A stretch of DNA of 64,000 nucleotides from assembly GCA_038087875.1 (NCBI GenBank), contig CM075988.1, positions 14,820,001 through 14,884,000 of the forward strand, in the 5' to 3' direction. This DNA comes from Malacoraja senta (lineage: Eukaryota). A model generated the notes under the pieces. The model was not told the origin of the DNA. It ran no database searches and saw only the letters and a list, made by a program, of their open reading frames with translations. The stretch's first letter is position 1; each line of letters begins with the position of its first letter. Both the position numbers and the translations under genes were made by a program. Positions 48,009-61,168 of this stretch are shown here, piece by piece.

Positions 48009-50607
48009 TGCTAGTGGGAGTTGTGTACAGGCCACCTAACAGTAGTAGTGGAGTTGGGGATGGCATCAAACAGGAAATTAGAAATGCGTGCAACAAAGGT
48101 AAAACAGTTAGAATGGGTGACTTCAATCTACATATAGATTGGGTGAATCAAATTGGCAGGGGTGCTGAGGAAGAGGATTTCTTGGAATGTATGCGGGATA
48201 GTTTTCTAAATCAACATGTAGAGGAACCAACGAGAGAGCAGGCTATTCTAGACTGGGTATTGAGTAATGAGGAAGGGTTAGTTAGCAGTCTTGGTGTGCG
48301 TGGCCCCTTGGGCAAGAGTGACCATAATATGGTTGAGTTCTTCATTAGGATGGAGAGTGACATAATTAATTCAGAAACAAGGGTTCTGAACTTAAAGAAA
48401 GGTAACTTTGAGGGTATGAGACGTGAATTGGCCAAGATAGACTGGCAATTGATTCTTAAAGGGTTGACGGTGGATATGCAATGGAAGGCATTTAAAGGCT
48501 GCATGGATGAACTACAACAATTGTTCATCCCAGTTTGGCAAAAGAATAAATCAGGGAAGGTAGTGCATCTGTGGATAACAAGGGAAATCAGGGATAGTAT
48601 CAAAACAAAAGATGAAGCATACAAATTAGCCAGAAAAAGCAGCCTACCAGAGGACTGGGAGAAATTCAGTGTCCAGCAGAGGAGGACAAAGGGTTTAATT
48701 AGGAAAGGGAAAATAGATTATGAAAGAAAACTGACAGGGAACATAAAAACTGACTGCAAAAGTTTTTATAGATGTGTGAAGAGAAAAAGATTAGTTAAAA
48801 CAAATGTAGGTCCCTTGCAGTCAGAAACAGGTGAATTGATCATGGGGAACAAGGACATGGCAGACCAATTGAATAACTACTTTGGTTCTGTCTTCACTAA
48901 GGAAGACTTAATTAATCTGCCAGAAATAGCAGGGGACCGGGGGTCAAATGAGATGGAGGAACTGAGTGAAATCCAGGTTAGCCGGGAAGTGGTGTTAGGT
49001 AAATTAAATGGTTTAAAGGCCGATAAATCCCCAGGGCCAGATAGGCTGCATCCCAGAGTACTTAAGGAAGTAGCCCCAGAAATAGTGGATGCATTAGTTA
49101 TAATTTTTCAAAACTCTTTAGATTCTGGAGTAGTTCCTGAGGATTGGAGGGTAGCTAATGTAACCCCACTTTTTAAAAAGGGAGGGAGAGATAAAGGAGA
49201 ATTACAGACCAGTTAGTCTAACATCGGTAGTGGGGAAACTGCTAGAGTCAGTTATTAAAGATGGGATAGCAGCACATTTGGAAAATGGTGAAATCATTGG
49301 ACAAAGTCAGCATGGATTTATGAAAGGTAAATCATGTCTGACGAATCTTATAGAATTTTTCGAGGATGTAACTAGTAGAGTTGATAAGGGAGATCCAGTG
49401 GATGTGTTATATCTGGACTTTCAGAAGGCTTTTGACAAGGTCCCACATAAGAGATTAATATACAAACTTAAAGCACACGGTATTGGGGGTTCAGTATTGA
49501 TGTGGATAGAGAACTGGCTGGCAGACAGGAAGCAAATAGTAGGAGTAAACGGGTCCTTTTCGGAATGGCAGGCAGTGACTAGTGGGGTACCGTAAGGCTC
49601 AGTGCTGGGACCCCAGCTATTTACAATATAAATTAATGATTTGGACGAGGGAATTGAATGCAACATCTCCAAGATTGCGGATGACACGAAGCTGTGGGGC
49701 AGTGTTAGCTGTGAGGAGGGTGCTAGGAGGCTGCAAGATGACTTGGATAGGCTGGGTGAGTGGGCAAATGCATGGCAGATGCAGTATAATGTGGATAAAT
49801 GTGAGGTTATCCACTTTGGTGGCAAAAACAGGATAGTAGACTATTACCTGAATGGTGGCCGATTGGGAAAAGGGGAGATGCAACGAGACCTGGGTGTCAT
49901 GGTACACCAGTCATTGAAAGTGGGCATGCAGGTGCAGCAGGCAGTGAAGAAAGCGAATGGTATGTTAGCATTCATAGCAAAAGGATTTAAGTATAGGAGC
50001 AGGGAGGTTCTACTGCAGTTGTACAGGGTCTTGGTGAGACCACACCTGGAGTATTGCATACAGTTTTGGTCTCCTAACCTGAGGAAGGACATTCTTGCCA
50101 TAGAGGGAGTACAGAGAAGGTTCACCAGACTGATTCCTGGGATGTCAGGACTTTCATATGAGGAAAGACTGGATAGACTCGGCTTGTACTCGCTGGAATT
50201 TAGAAGATTGAGGGGGGATCTTATAGAAACATACAAAATTCTTTAGGGGTTGGACAGGCTAGATGCAGGAAGATTGTTCCCAATGTTGGGGAAGTCCAGA
50301 ACAAGGGGTCACAGTTTAAGGATAAAGGGGAAATCTTTTAGGACTGAGATGAGAAAAACATTTTTTGCACAAAGAGTGGTGAATCTCTGGAATTCTCTGC
50401 CACAGAATGTAGTTGAGGCCAGTTCATTGGCTATATTTAAGAGGGAGTCAGATGTGGCCCTTGTGGCTAAAGGGATCAGGGGGTATGGAGAGAAAGCAGG
50501 TACAGGATACTGAGTTGGATGATCAGCCATGATCATATTGAATGGCGGTGCAGGCTTGAAGGGCCAAATGGCCTACTCCTGCACCTATTTTCTATGTTTC
50601 TATGTCT
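48009..50607 (+). mobile_element. 5'-truncated CR1 LINE (part of the APE endonuclease plus RT)
   Basis: VVYRPP, GDFN, ILDWVL, SDHN; RT motifs; frameshift near 49195; GVP* stop; ttctatg tail. Confidence 0.97.
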
Positions 50608-52008
50608 ATTAAGCTTTCCAAAGATATTCAATGATATGCAGTAAGGGTTGTAGACAATGTACCCTGGTATTAAGAAGGACAGGAATGGTGTGAACCTGCA
50701 TTACTTAGATCCAGCTGGCACTCCAAACAGTGCACCCTGTCGATGAGCAAGTTCTGTACGCTGAATTCATGAGGTATGCGGCAACATTTCAGATGTAAAG
50801 TAAAAAGAGAAAATGCTGGAAAAACTCAGGAAAGTATGCAGTATCAGTACAGAGAGAAGCAGAGTAAGTGCAGATCAAAACTTACTAGTTTTTCCTCACT
50901 TTTCCTGTCCTGACTAAGGATTTCAACCTAAGCCATTGACTGTTACTCTTTCCGCAGATGCTCTCTGACCTGCCGTTTCTTGCATTTTCTGTTTTATTTT
51001 TAAATTGCAGATTTGCACCATCCGTAATTTTTTGAATTTTTCTTCCAAGTGTGAGTTGCACTGAGTGAAGTCATGAGTGTGAGTTTATGGAGCTTGATAA
51101 TTGGAGTGCAGTGGAATTTCTGGGCTGGATTTTAAGCGCCGCTGAATCTCTTTTGACTGTCCAGGAATAGAATGTTGATGAGATATGAGGGAAGTGTCAA
51201 AATGCATCTGCTGATCAGATGCACAACAAAAGTGATCTTTAAAAATGTATTTCTTACAATTCTGAGGTAGTTTGCTCCATGGCCTACTTTCTTACAGCAT
51301 TTTGCTGTCATCGATGGAACAGTTATAAGCAGTGTGTGCTTTGAGCTGTTGGGCATCGAAGAGACTAACATCCCAACACCTTACAACACTGCAATTGTTT
51401 CTGTGCTTGTGAATATATTCAAATCTGTCTCCTAGAAAAATGAATGCCTCGAGAAAGTTGTTGGAAAATACCATGATTGAAAGTAAGCATTATCCTGTAT
51501 CGTGTTCTTTGCAAGGTTTTGCCAATCTTTTCTCTTTTAACCTGTCACCTCCATGTAGCTAAACAGCTGTGTGCATCACTGTGGAGTCTGTCTCACACTT
51601 CACACATTCATTTCAACTGAATCAAGTGAGAAATGTTTGCCTATATGTGCAAGATGTACCAGTGGAAGTCAATACCTAGAATAGGGTAGAATGTGATAAG
51701 GCTTAGAGGAGAACCTCTGTAGCTCTGGTAGTGATCAATGCTGATTTATAACCAGGGACAATAAAACAATGGCAATATGTTTCCCAATCAAGACGTGTGT
51801 GAGTTGGATGGAAACATTCTGGCAATGGTATTCCCTTGGGACTGCTGACTTTGTCTGTCAGGATGCAAAGTTTACGATGCCTCAGAAGAAGACGATGGAT
51901 TACTGCAGGGTGCTTTGTGGATGGTACTCACTGCTGTCGCAGTGTGCCACCAGTAGATGGAGTGACTTGTGGAAGGGATGTCAGGCAGGCAAGCTACTTT
52001 ATAAGTGA

Positions 52009-52884
52009 CTAGACCAAGTGCAGACCCGTTGGGTCTGTTCCCGCAACGCGCGGTTGCGTGGGGAGGGGGCGGCCTGAGGCGTCACACACACACTAACCAA
52101 CCTCTTACACACACACACACACACACACTAACCACCCCTCACACACACACACACACACACACTAACCACCCCCATTGATATTATATTAAGAAGGGAGGGA
52201 GGAGAGGGGTAGGGACGCCCAGCAGCCGTCGGCCTCAGAGTGAGCCTCAGCTCCATGGCCTCGCATCCTCGGCGCTTCAGACCCTGAGTACGGGGAGGGG
52301 GGAGGGTGGAGTGGGCGTGCGGGTGTGATCCCAAGTGAGCCTGCGGGCCACCAGCGAGGACAGCGAAAATCAGCGGGGGAACAGCTGATCTGTGGCTTCC
52401 GCCAGCGTGACAGAGCTTGGCCGGGGAGGGGGGGAGTGGAGGAGAGCCGGGCGGCAGCTGAGCGCGTGGGCGGCTCTGAGCAAGTGGGGGGTTGGAGCAG
52501 GCGGGCGGGCATAGGAGTCCAGATGCGGGAGGCGTGGCGTGAGCGTACTTGGTGCGGGGGGGGGAGTGGAGGAGAGCCGGGCTGCCAAATGAAGAGAGAG
52601 AGAGAGAAGCGGCTTGGATTGGTCGGCATGTGGGCATTGTGACGTCAGCAGCTGGTAAGAGCCGTTTAGATTTAAAAAATTGAGTTTTGTTTGAGTTTTG
52701 TGATCAATTTTACTCAAAATCTGGGGAAATAATTGACCAAGGAGTGGATGTGCGAATGTAAAAGTAAAATCGCTAGCGAAATGGTAAAAATCTCGGCGTT
52801 TTTGCCTCTGGTTTTCGCGGAGTAATGAATCAAAGGCAAAATGCCGTACACCCACACACACACAGAGTTTTAAAAGTATATAGC
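52009..52884 (-). mobile_element. Non-autonomous Helitron
   Basis: Minus-strand 3' end is a CAGACCC-AAC-GGGTCTG hairpin followed by CACTTGGTCTAG|T. The 5' end (g)CTATATACTTTTAAAA deviates from TC at the first base. Confidence 0.8.
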
Positions 52885-52889
52885 TGGAT

Positions 52890-53047
52890 AGGATCAGAAT
52901 AGCAAGTCTACTCTGCTATTCAATCATGGCTGATCGATCTCTCCCTCCTAACCCCATTCTCCTGCCTTCTCCCCATAACCCCTGACACCCATACTAATCA
53001 AGATTCTATCTATCTCTGCTTTAAAAATATCCATTGACTTGGCCTCC
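52890..53047 (-). mobile_element. CR1 3' fragment
   Basis: caatcatggctgatc...ccttctccccataacccctgacacc. Confidence 0.75.
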
Positions 53048-54475
53048 AGATCCATTGACTTTCTTCCGGATACCGGCTAGTCTCTTGGGAGCTTCAATTC
53101 CACCAATTGGGCTATTTTCCACTGCACTTCTGGTGCACCCTCCTCTTCCACGAACTTTCACCCTTGTCAATACGGTGCCTGACATTAACCCATTTTAAGA
53201 GTGTGCATGGGCCAACTAAATGCCAGCTTGGAGCTGAAGCAATACCCCCACTGGCTGAAAAATACTTTGTGTGAATCCAAATTTCACACCTATTAGAGCG
53301 ATTTCAAAATCATGCTAAGAGAGTGGGAGATGAAGCTTCAAGTCTCTGCTGTAATAGCTGTGACGATACAGGAACACCTCAGTGAAAAAAATAGATCAAT
53401 TTTATAAAGTTACCTCCTCCAAACTGCTTGTCCTCGACGTGATTTTGCGAATGCCTGTGGGGATAATAGCTTTGAATCCTTTAGCTCCTCATCAAGCACT
53501 TAAAAATAAGGTTGATTAAAGGGCACTGGGGAGCGTCACTAAGTGCAGCAAAGTGCTGGTAAAAGGGAACTATTAGTTGATGATCAAGATTATTCTAACA
53601 CGGCCATGATGAGTCAGACACCACAGGTGGCCATTGGACTGAAACTAGATATACATTATGGAGCAATTTGTCCATGGCCAAATAAAGTCCTTTGGGAATC
53701 TTTAGCATTTTGCACATACAAAAAATGAACTTTTTTGACAGTCAACTCTGTCAAGCCCTGTTTTGAACTTCTCATCCTAGTTTCAGCTACTTTTATGGAG
53801 ACTTTTACCTTTGTTCTCCATATTTCACTGCTCTATGTCTTACCTAAACCTCACCCTCGATGTAAACTCTCTTTCTTTTCTTTACAAGTTGCATTTCCCA
53901 GATCCCATCGCCTCCACCGTATGTTCAGCATTAATAATGTCATAATGATCACAATTATTATGTCCTGTTTTTCTCAGGACTCTCTACACACATTCCTTCT
54001 CTATCTTTACTTCCTTCTGCACCTCTTCTTAAAAAGGATTCTCAGGTCATTTACAATAGCATGTTCAAGATATCAATTGGCCCACCTTTGATCTTTCATT
54101 CCCCTTCATACTTCAGCAGTGTGAATTGTTGAATTATTCTCCACAAGCTTTGATACCTCCCCCATCACTTCAATTCTGCATTTGCACTTGAACTAGTAAA
54201 ACATTGAAGGATATAGTCCTAATGTGGACAAATGGGATCAGTGTAAATGGTCAAAACAGTCAGCGTGAATGTGGTGAGCCAAAGGGCCCATTTCTATGCT
54301 GCACAACTATGGCGCACTATGATTCATTCTTCATCTCAGCTGAACTCTTTGGAGTGACCCTGTTGTGTTGCATCTTCAAGCCTCAGGGACCCAGCTTTAT
54401 TTGCCAATGGCTTCACAGCCACTTTAGTTATTTATTGCCATCAATTTCCTAGCCATCCATATCACCAACAAAACT

Positions 54476-55442
54476 CAGACACAAAATGCTGGAGTAACTC
54501 AGCAGGCCAGGCAGCATCTCTGGAGAGAAGGAATGGGTGACGTTTCGGGTCGAGACCCTTCTTCAGACTGATGTCAGGGGAGGGGGCGGGACAAAGATAG
54601 AATGTAGTCAGAGACAGTAAAACTGGTGGGAGAACTGGGAAGGGGATGGGATGGAGAGAGCGGGAAAGCAAGGGCTATCTGAAGTTATAGAGAAGTCAAT
54701 ATTCGTACCGCTGGGGTGTAAACTACCCAAGCGAAATATGAGGTGCTGTTCCTCCAATTTGCGCTGGGACTCACACTGACAATGGAGGAGGCCCAGGACA
54801 GAAAGGTCAGATTGGGAATGGGAGGGGGAGTTGAAGTGCTGAGCAACTGGAAAATCAGGTAAGTTAAGACGGACTGAGATGAGGTATTCAGTGAAACGAT
54901 CGCCGAGCCTCTGCTTGGTCCCGCTGATGTAGAGAAGTTGACACCTGGAACAGCAGATACAGTAGATGAGGTTGGAGGAGGTGCAAGTGAACCTCTGCTT
55001 CACCTGGAAAGACTGTTTGGGTCCTTGGATGGAGTCGAGGGGGGAGGTAAGGTAAAGGGACAGGAAAGTACCTGGGTGCCAAGGAACGAGTTGACCAGGG
55101 AGTTCCGGTGGGAACGGTCTTTGCAGAAAGCAGAAAGGGGTGGAGATGGGAAGATGTGGCCAGTAGTGGGCTCACGTTGGAGGTGGCGAAAATGTTGGAG
55201 GATTATATGTTGTATGCGACGCCTGATGGGGTGGAAGGTGAGGACAAGGGGGACGAATGGCCAGCTGTGGGATCACTATCACCGACTACATTATATCTTT
55301 GTCCCACCCACTCCCCTGACATCAGTCTGAAGAAGGGTCTCGACCCATTCCTTCTCTCCAGAGATGCTGCCTGTCGCGCTGAGTTTCTCCAGCATTTTGT
55401 GTTTACCTTCGATTTAAACCAGCATCTGCTGTTCTTTCTTAC
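54476..55442 (-). mobile_element. Penelope fragment (GIY-YIG plus pLTR) with an inverted second pLTR
   Basis: FTCTSSNLIYCICC...HLIFRLGSLHP on the minus strand; plus-strand pLTR at about 55250-55440; tcacca(a/t)caa flanks. Confidence 0.88.
54537..54568 (-). ncRNA. Minimal type I hammerhead motif of a Penelope pLTR (best-preserved copy)
   Basis: GU CUGAAGA A GGGU CUCG ACCC GAAAC GUC AC, with palindromic ACGU in place of helix III. Confidence 0.7.
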
Positions 55443-55469
55443 TCACCATCAACTTAACCTGCTCCCTTC

Positions 55470-55868
55470 ACACTGATGAGGTGATTAAGAAAGGACATCA
55501 ACATATTTATTTTCTTCCGCATCTAAGAAGATTCAGCATGTCCATGAGAATTCCCTCCAACTTCAGCAGATGCACGATAGAAAGTGTTCTGATAGAATAC
55601 ATCTGCCTGAACCGACAGAGAGTGGGAACACAGCCCAATCCATCACAGGCTCATCACTTCCTTTCATGCACTCAATCTCCTCAGGGTAGACACAAAATGC
55701 TGAGTAACTCAGCGGGACAGGCAGCATCTCAGGAGGGTGTTGAATCAGGAAGTCTGGAAGTATCATCAAGGATTCCTGTCACCCTGGCCATTCACTTTTC
55801 CCTCCTCTACCTTCTGGGTGCTTGAAAGCCTGGACATTCAAACTTAAGAACAGCTACTTCCCCCACTG
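55470..55868 (+). mobile_element. Rex1/Babar-type RT C-terminal fragment
   Basis: KKGHQHIYFL..LRRFSMS....NFSRCTIESVL; interrupted by a pLTR piece at about 55686-55730. Confidence 0.7.
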
Positions 55869-56632
55869 GGTTGGAAATGGTGTTTGATTAATGTAGGCTG
55901 CTTTCCCAAGGCAGGGTGAAGTGTAGTTGGAGTCTAAACTAATGACTCCATAAACTAATGTCTCCTTCAAATGTTAACTGTTGCTTTTTCCACAGACAAT
56001 GCCAAACGTTATTCAGTATTTTCAGGTGTTTACTTCATTTCACAATATTTTGATTAAATCTACTTTTGGCTTTTGTGTGACTTCTCGAGCCTCACATCCC
56101 TTCCAAAACTGATCTTGCATCTTCTTTAGCATTTGTCTCCACCACCTATTTCACCCAACCACGATCAGCTAGCTGCCCTGCTTCCTACATTACATCCTTG
56201 ACTTATCTTGAAGTACTTTTGGGAAGTATTTTGGCATTGGCTGACAATGTGAAATGTACAAGTATTTCTGAGTTTGATGGAAAGAATCCAATGTTTCTTA
56301 TTAATCATCTTATGAAATGAACCATGGAAATGCTATATAAATCCCAATATAATACACAAGGCTGTGAGAGCCATTGAGGCTTATAGCAGACCAGAGCAAT
56401 TTGTCATATTGCCCTGGATATTATCTTAGATGAGGGAAGAGAAACAGGGCTGCTTTGAAACTGCCCTGAAATCCTGAAAAACATGTATCCTACAGGTACT
56501 TCTAAATATAACAACAGCCCTCGATTTACACTTTTTATCTCTGCTTTTACGATATTCTCTCACTGAAAGTCAGTCATGATACTGAATATAGATCTTTTAA
56601 GGGTGCCAACTCTCCCATATTATAAAAGATTT

Positions 56633-57340
56633 CACAGTGGCACAGCAGCAGAGCTGTTGTCTTACAGCGTCAGAGACACTCTGGTTCAATTCAGACTACA
56701 GGTGCTGTCTGTACAGTGTTGGTACACTCTCCCTGTAACCACGTGGGTTTTCTCCGGGTGCTCCGGTTTCTACCTACATTCCAAAGACATGCAGGTTTGC
56801 AGGTTAATTGGCTTCTGTAAAATGTCCCTCGTGTCAAGTCAAGTCAAGTCAAGTCATATTTATTTATATAGCACATTTAAAAAACAACTCTCGTTGGCCA
56901 AAGTGCTTTACATTTGTTATAAGAATAGTATAAACAAACAAACTACATACATATATACATATAGCCCTCGCTCAAAGGACGTCAAGAAAGGCTTGGGAGT
57001 ATAGATACATTTTTAGTCTTGACTTAAAGTAGTCGATGGAGGGGGCAGTTCTGATGGGAAGGGGGATGCTGTTCCACAGTCTAGGAGCTGCAACCGCAAA
57101 GGCGCGGTCGTCCCTGAGCTTATGCCTAGACGGCGGGATCTGAGGGACCTGGAGGTGGTGTGGTGGGTGAGAAGACTTTTAATGTAGGTGGGGGCAAGCC
57201 CATTGATGGCTTTGTAGACATGGAGGAGGATCTTGAAATTTATACGTGTCGGATGGAACGAGTGTGATTGTTGGTCGCGCTGACTCAGTAGGCCAAAAGG
57301 CCTGTTTCCATGTTGTATCTCTAAACTAAACCAAACTAAA
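56633..57340 (+). mobile_element. V-SINE split by an L2 insertion
   Basis: Head and V-domain at 56633-56835; tail at 57245-57340. Confidence 0.8.
56836..57244 (-). mobile_element. L2-clade LINE 3' fragment
   Basis: Reverse translation FKILLHVYKAINGLAPTYI...DRAFAVAAPRLWNSIP; (GACTT)n tail; cgtgtc duplicated at 56830-56835 and 57245-57250. Confidence 0.85.
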
Positions 57341-58182
57341 ATTAGACCTGAGTGTTGTCACTGATCGCCAGGGCTGATGACAGAGAAAGGAACACTAGAT
57401 CAGATTTTCTTGTATTTAAGAGTTTGCTACAATCGCACAGTTTTATAAACACAAGTTGGGCACAAGAAACAGATTCACAGTCGGAATCATCTCACTTGCC
57501 AAAAGCTGTCTCCGTGATATTTCTTCCAAATAGTCCTCGATATAAAAAAAACAAGCAGACTTGCAAAGCAACATCTCAAAGCTATCTTCCAAATATAATT
57601 GGGAATTAACAACCCTTTATATGAAAGTAATTTTGTTGCCGTCATTTGTTACGGTCCAAAGAGGCTGAAATGAATACTCAAAGTAATCAAATAAGCTCTG
57701 TTTTTTCAAATCTAACTCAAAAAATAAGATTGCACATTTAAAAATAGTAATGCACTATAGTCTAGATACAGAATTTAATGCATCATCACAAACCCAATAA
57801 TAAGGTAAAATCTATATTTCACTGTTTACAGCATTGTGGAGGAAGACATTTAGTGGATTAGATAACACCAGGAGAAAGAAAATCAGAGTTAAGGTTTCAT
57901 TTGGATGACCGTTCATTAAAATGGATGAGTGGTCATTTGTCTGAAACACTGGCTTGCTCCACACTCCACAGATGCTGTCGACCTGCTGAGTAATCCCAGC
58001 ATTCCCTCTTTTTCAATTTCCAGGGTATTTTATACATTTACTTTTAAACAAGGTGATTTATCCAATTAAATACAGTTAGCCTTTCTACCAACTTCCCTTT
58101 TTACTTTTTAGGAATGCATAATCTCAACTTTACCTCCCTTTGTTGATCTTAAGCAGCATCTTCTGGTGAAAACTGATGTGAA

Positions 58183-59050
58183 ACAAAATACAAAGTGCTG
58201 TAGGAACCCAGCGGGTCAGGCAGCATCTGTGGAGGGAATGGACACCTGGTTTTTGAGAGTCTGAAACAGGGTCCCGAGCCAAAACATCATCTATCTATTC
58301 CCTCCACAGATACTGCCTGACCCACTGAGTTTCTCCAGCACTTTGCATTTTGCTCATGATTCCACCGTCTACAGTCTCCTGTGTCTCCACTGATGTAAAG
58401 CAATGACTTTGTCTCTGTGCCATGCCCTCCATCTCCATGTGTAGAACTCCTTTCAGATCTCTGATCAACTCCTCTTCCAACACTCTTCCTCTACGCATAT
58501 CTGCCGATATATCAGCGACACCAAGCGTAGACTGGGCGATCGTTTCGCTGAATACTTACGCTCAGCGTGCCTTGGCCCATGCGATCTCCCGTTTTCCAAA
58601 CATTTTACTGCCCCATCCCATTCCCATACTGAACTTTCTGTTCTGGCCCTCTCCACTGTCAGAGTGGGGCCACACGCAAATTGGAGGACAGCCCCTCATA
58701 GTTTGTTTGTGCAGCTTATAACCGAGCGGTATGAATGTTCACTTCTCTCATTTTAAAGTAACCCCTGCTTTCTCTCTCTCCCCCTTCCTTCCCCCCTCCC
58801 CCACCCTAGTCATCCGACTAGTTCCACTGTTCGCAGCCTTGTGCCCCTTCGTTATCACCTCTTCCTCAGCCAACAATGGGCCATTGTGGGCTCCACCCTT
58901 CCTCGGTCATCTGTTGCCAGCCCCCCTTTGTTCTGGCCTTTTCTAACCTCCATTTCAGTCTGAAGGGTTCCAACCCGAAATGTCACCCATCGATTTTCTC
59001 CAGAGATGCTGCCTGACCCGCTGAGTTACTCCAGTATTTTGTGATTATCT
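58183..59050 (+). mobile_element. pLTR fold-back (58183-58388) followed by a degenerate Penelope 3' fragment (about 58430-59050)
   Basis: actgatgt(g/a)aa duplication; decayed GIY-YIG and pLTR sequence. Confidence 0.7.
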
Positions 59051-59199
59051 TCTGGAGAATATTATCAGTCCAAAAATCGGTCCAAAAAAAATCTGCCCTA
59101 CTTCATTCCCCATCTTTTTAATCATCCCCTACAGACCTACGTCCAGAATTGTTACCTTGCTCATTGGATCAGAAACATATTGATCAATAAGGGTTTTTG

Positions 59200-59685
59200 A
59201 ACATCCTTCACAAAGCCTTTCATCTTTGCCCCTTCAGTTATCACTGTCCCAGTCTATGTTTTGAAAGATGACCTCCCCCTTTCTCAGAAATCATTGTCTT
59301 TTTTTAAGTAGCTGCAACTTCCCTGCAAATGTTCTCTTCAGTTTATTTCCCACTAATTGGCAGCCTTTAAAATAATCCCAGTTCTGTAATTGCACCAGTG
59401 TTATTTCTTAATTAAAACAGATAGATGCTGTACTTTATTGTTGCAGGATATTCTCTCTCTCTCCAGCACTGCAATATAATTCTTAATCAATAAGGTCACG
59501 CTTTATTTTCCATACATCCATTCACCATTTGTCCTGACGATATTGCATGCAAGCATTTTAGAATCCATCCCCACATTTTTAGACAGTTCTCTGTTATCAC
59601 CACAACATTATAAACACACTTGGTTATCTGTACCTCCAGATCATTAGTCTTATTTATATAACAGGATATAACAGCCAACAAAACA
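59200..59685 (-). mobile_element. Old CR1-like APE endonuclease remnant
   Basis: INKTNDLEVQI....YNVVVITENCL resembles the NK..EL...YD.V.ITETWL motif. Confidence 0.5.
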
Positions 59686-59807
59686 GGTAGACAAAAGTGC
59701 TGGAGAAACTCAGCGGGTGTGGCAGCATCTATGGAGCATCTATGGAGCCGCCCGAAACTTTGCCTATTTCCTTCGCTCCACAGACGCTTGCCGCACCCGC
59801 TGAGTTT

Positions 59808-60290
59808 TTAGAGTATTGTGTTCAGTTCTGGGCACCAAGTTATAGAAAAGATGTTGTCAAGCTGGCAGGGTACAGAGAAGATTTACGAGGATGTTGCCAG
59901 GGTTCGAGGGTCTGAGCTAAGGGGAGAGGTTGAGTAGGCTGGGACTATATTCCTTGGAGCGCAGGAGGATGAAGGGTGATCCTATGGAGGTTAAAGAAAT
60001 CATGTAAGGAATAGATCGGGTAGATGCCCGGAATAGGTAAATGGAGGACCAGAGGACATGGGTTTAAGGTGAAGAGGAAAAGATTTAATAGGAATCTGAG
60101 GGGTACTTTTTCACACAAAGGGTGGTGGGTGTATGAAACACGCTGCCAGAGGAGGTAGTTGAGGCTGGGACTATCCCAACATTTAAGAAAGTTAGACGGG
60201 TACATGGATAGGACAGGTCGGGCAGTTGGGATTAGTGTAGCTGGGACATGTTGGCCGTTGTGGGTAAGTTGGGCCTGTTTCCACACTGTA
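59808..60290 (+). mobile_element. CR1 3' fragment
   Basis: LEYCVQFWAPSYRKDV...; gggcctgtttccacactgta tail. Confidence 0.85.
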
Positions 60291-61168
60291 TATATATATA
60301 TATATTTTTATTTTTAAATATTAAATATTGCTCCGGAAAAAGGTGCAAGTAGTGGAAATAGATCACAGGTTTAAAGGTGTATTTGAAATAGACACAAAAC
60401 GTCACCTATTCATGTTCTCCAATGTGTTAGTGGTGGGGGGGCTTGTTGATGGTAATATGATTGAATATCAAGGATAAGCAGTTGGACTCTCTCTATGGAA
60501 GAGGCTCATCGTGTGACACTTCTGTGGTGTGAAAGATACTCGCCAAATGATGAAAAAATAACCAACAGACATTTTACATTTTGATTTCATAAAAATACTG
60601 ACCTACTCCTTCTCCGAAGAAAATAACTAGACAAAGATGAATTACTTGATGGATAAAGTGCTCGAAAACTGAATAAATCCTTTTAATTTTCAGCAAGTTT
60701 GAAAAATATGAATATCATATGACAACAACTGTACACTTACAATGATAGATTAACTATCATTGTTGGTGTACAGTTTTTTGATAACTTTCTCACCAGAAAT
60801 GTCAGACGATGAACTTCTTCAGACCAAAAATAATCTTGTAGAATGGAAGAAAGTCACTCAAACTGGTCCATTTAGTTTTCACATATGATTGGCCTGTCAT
60901 GGAATTCCATCCCAAATCAGATAATGATCATTCTCCTCTGTCAACTAAAAACATAAAGAACTGATAAATGTCTTTAAAACCCTCATAGTACATGATAAGC
61001 CAGTATTTCTTTCTCTAGGAAAATTACTTTCACTTGGGTTCAAGCCCATGGCTCCTATCCTGTGATTAAATTTCAAATCATAGTTTATTTTCGTTTAGTT
61101 TACTGTCACATGTACTGAGGTACAGTGAAAAGCTTTTGTTGCGTGCTAACCAGTCAGCAGCAAGGATA

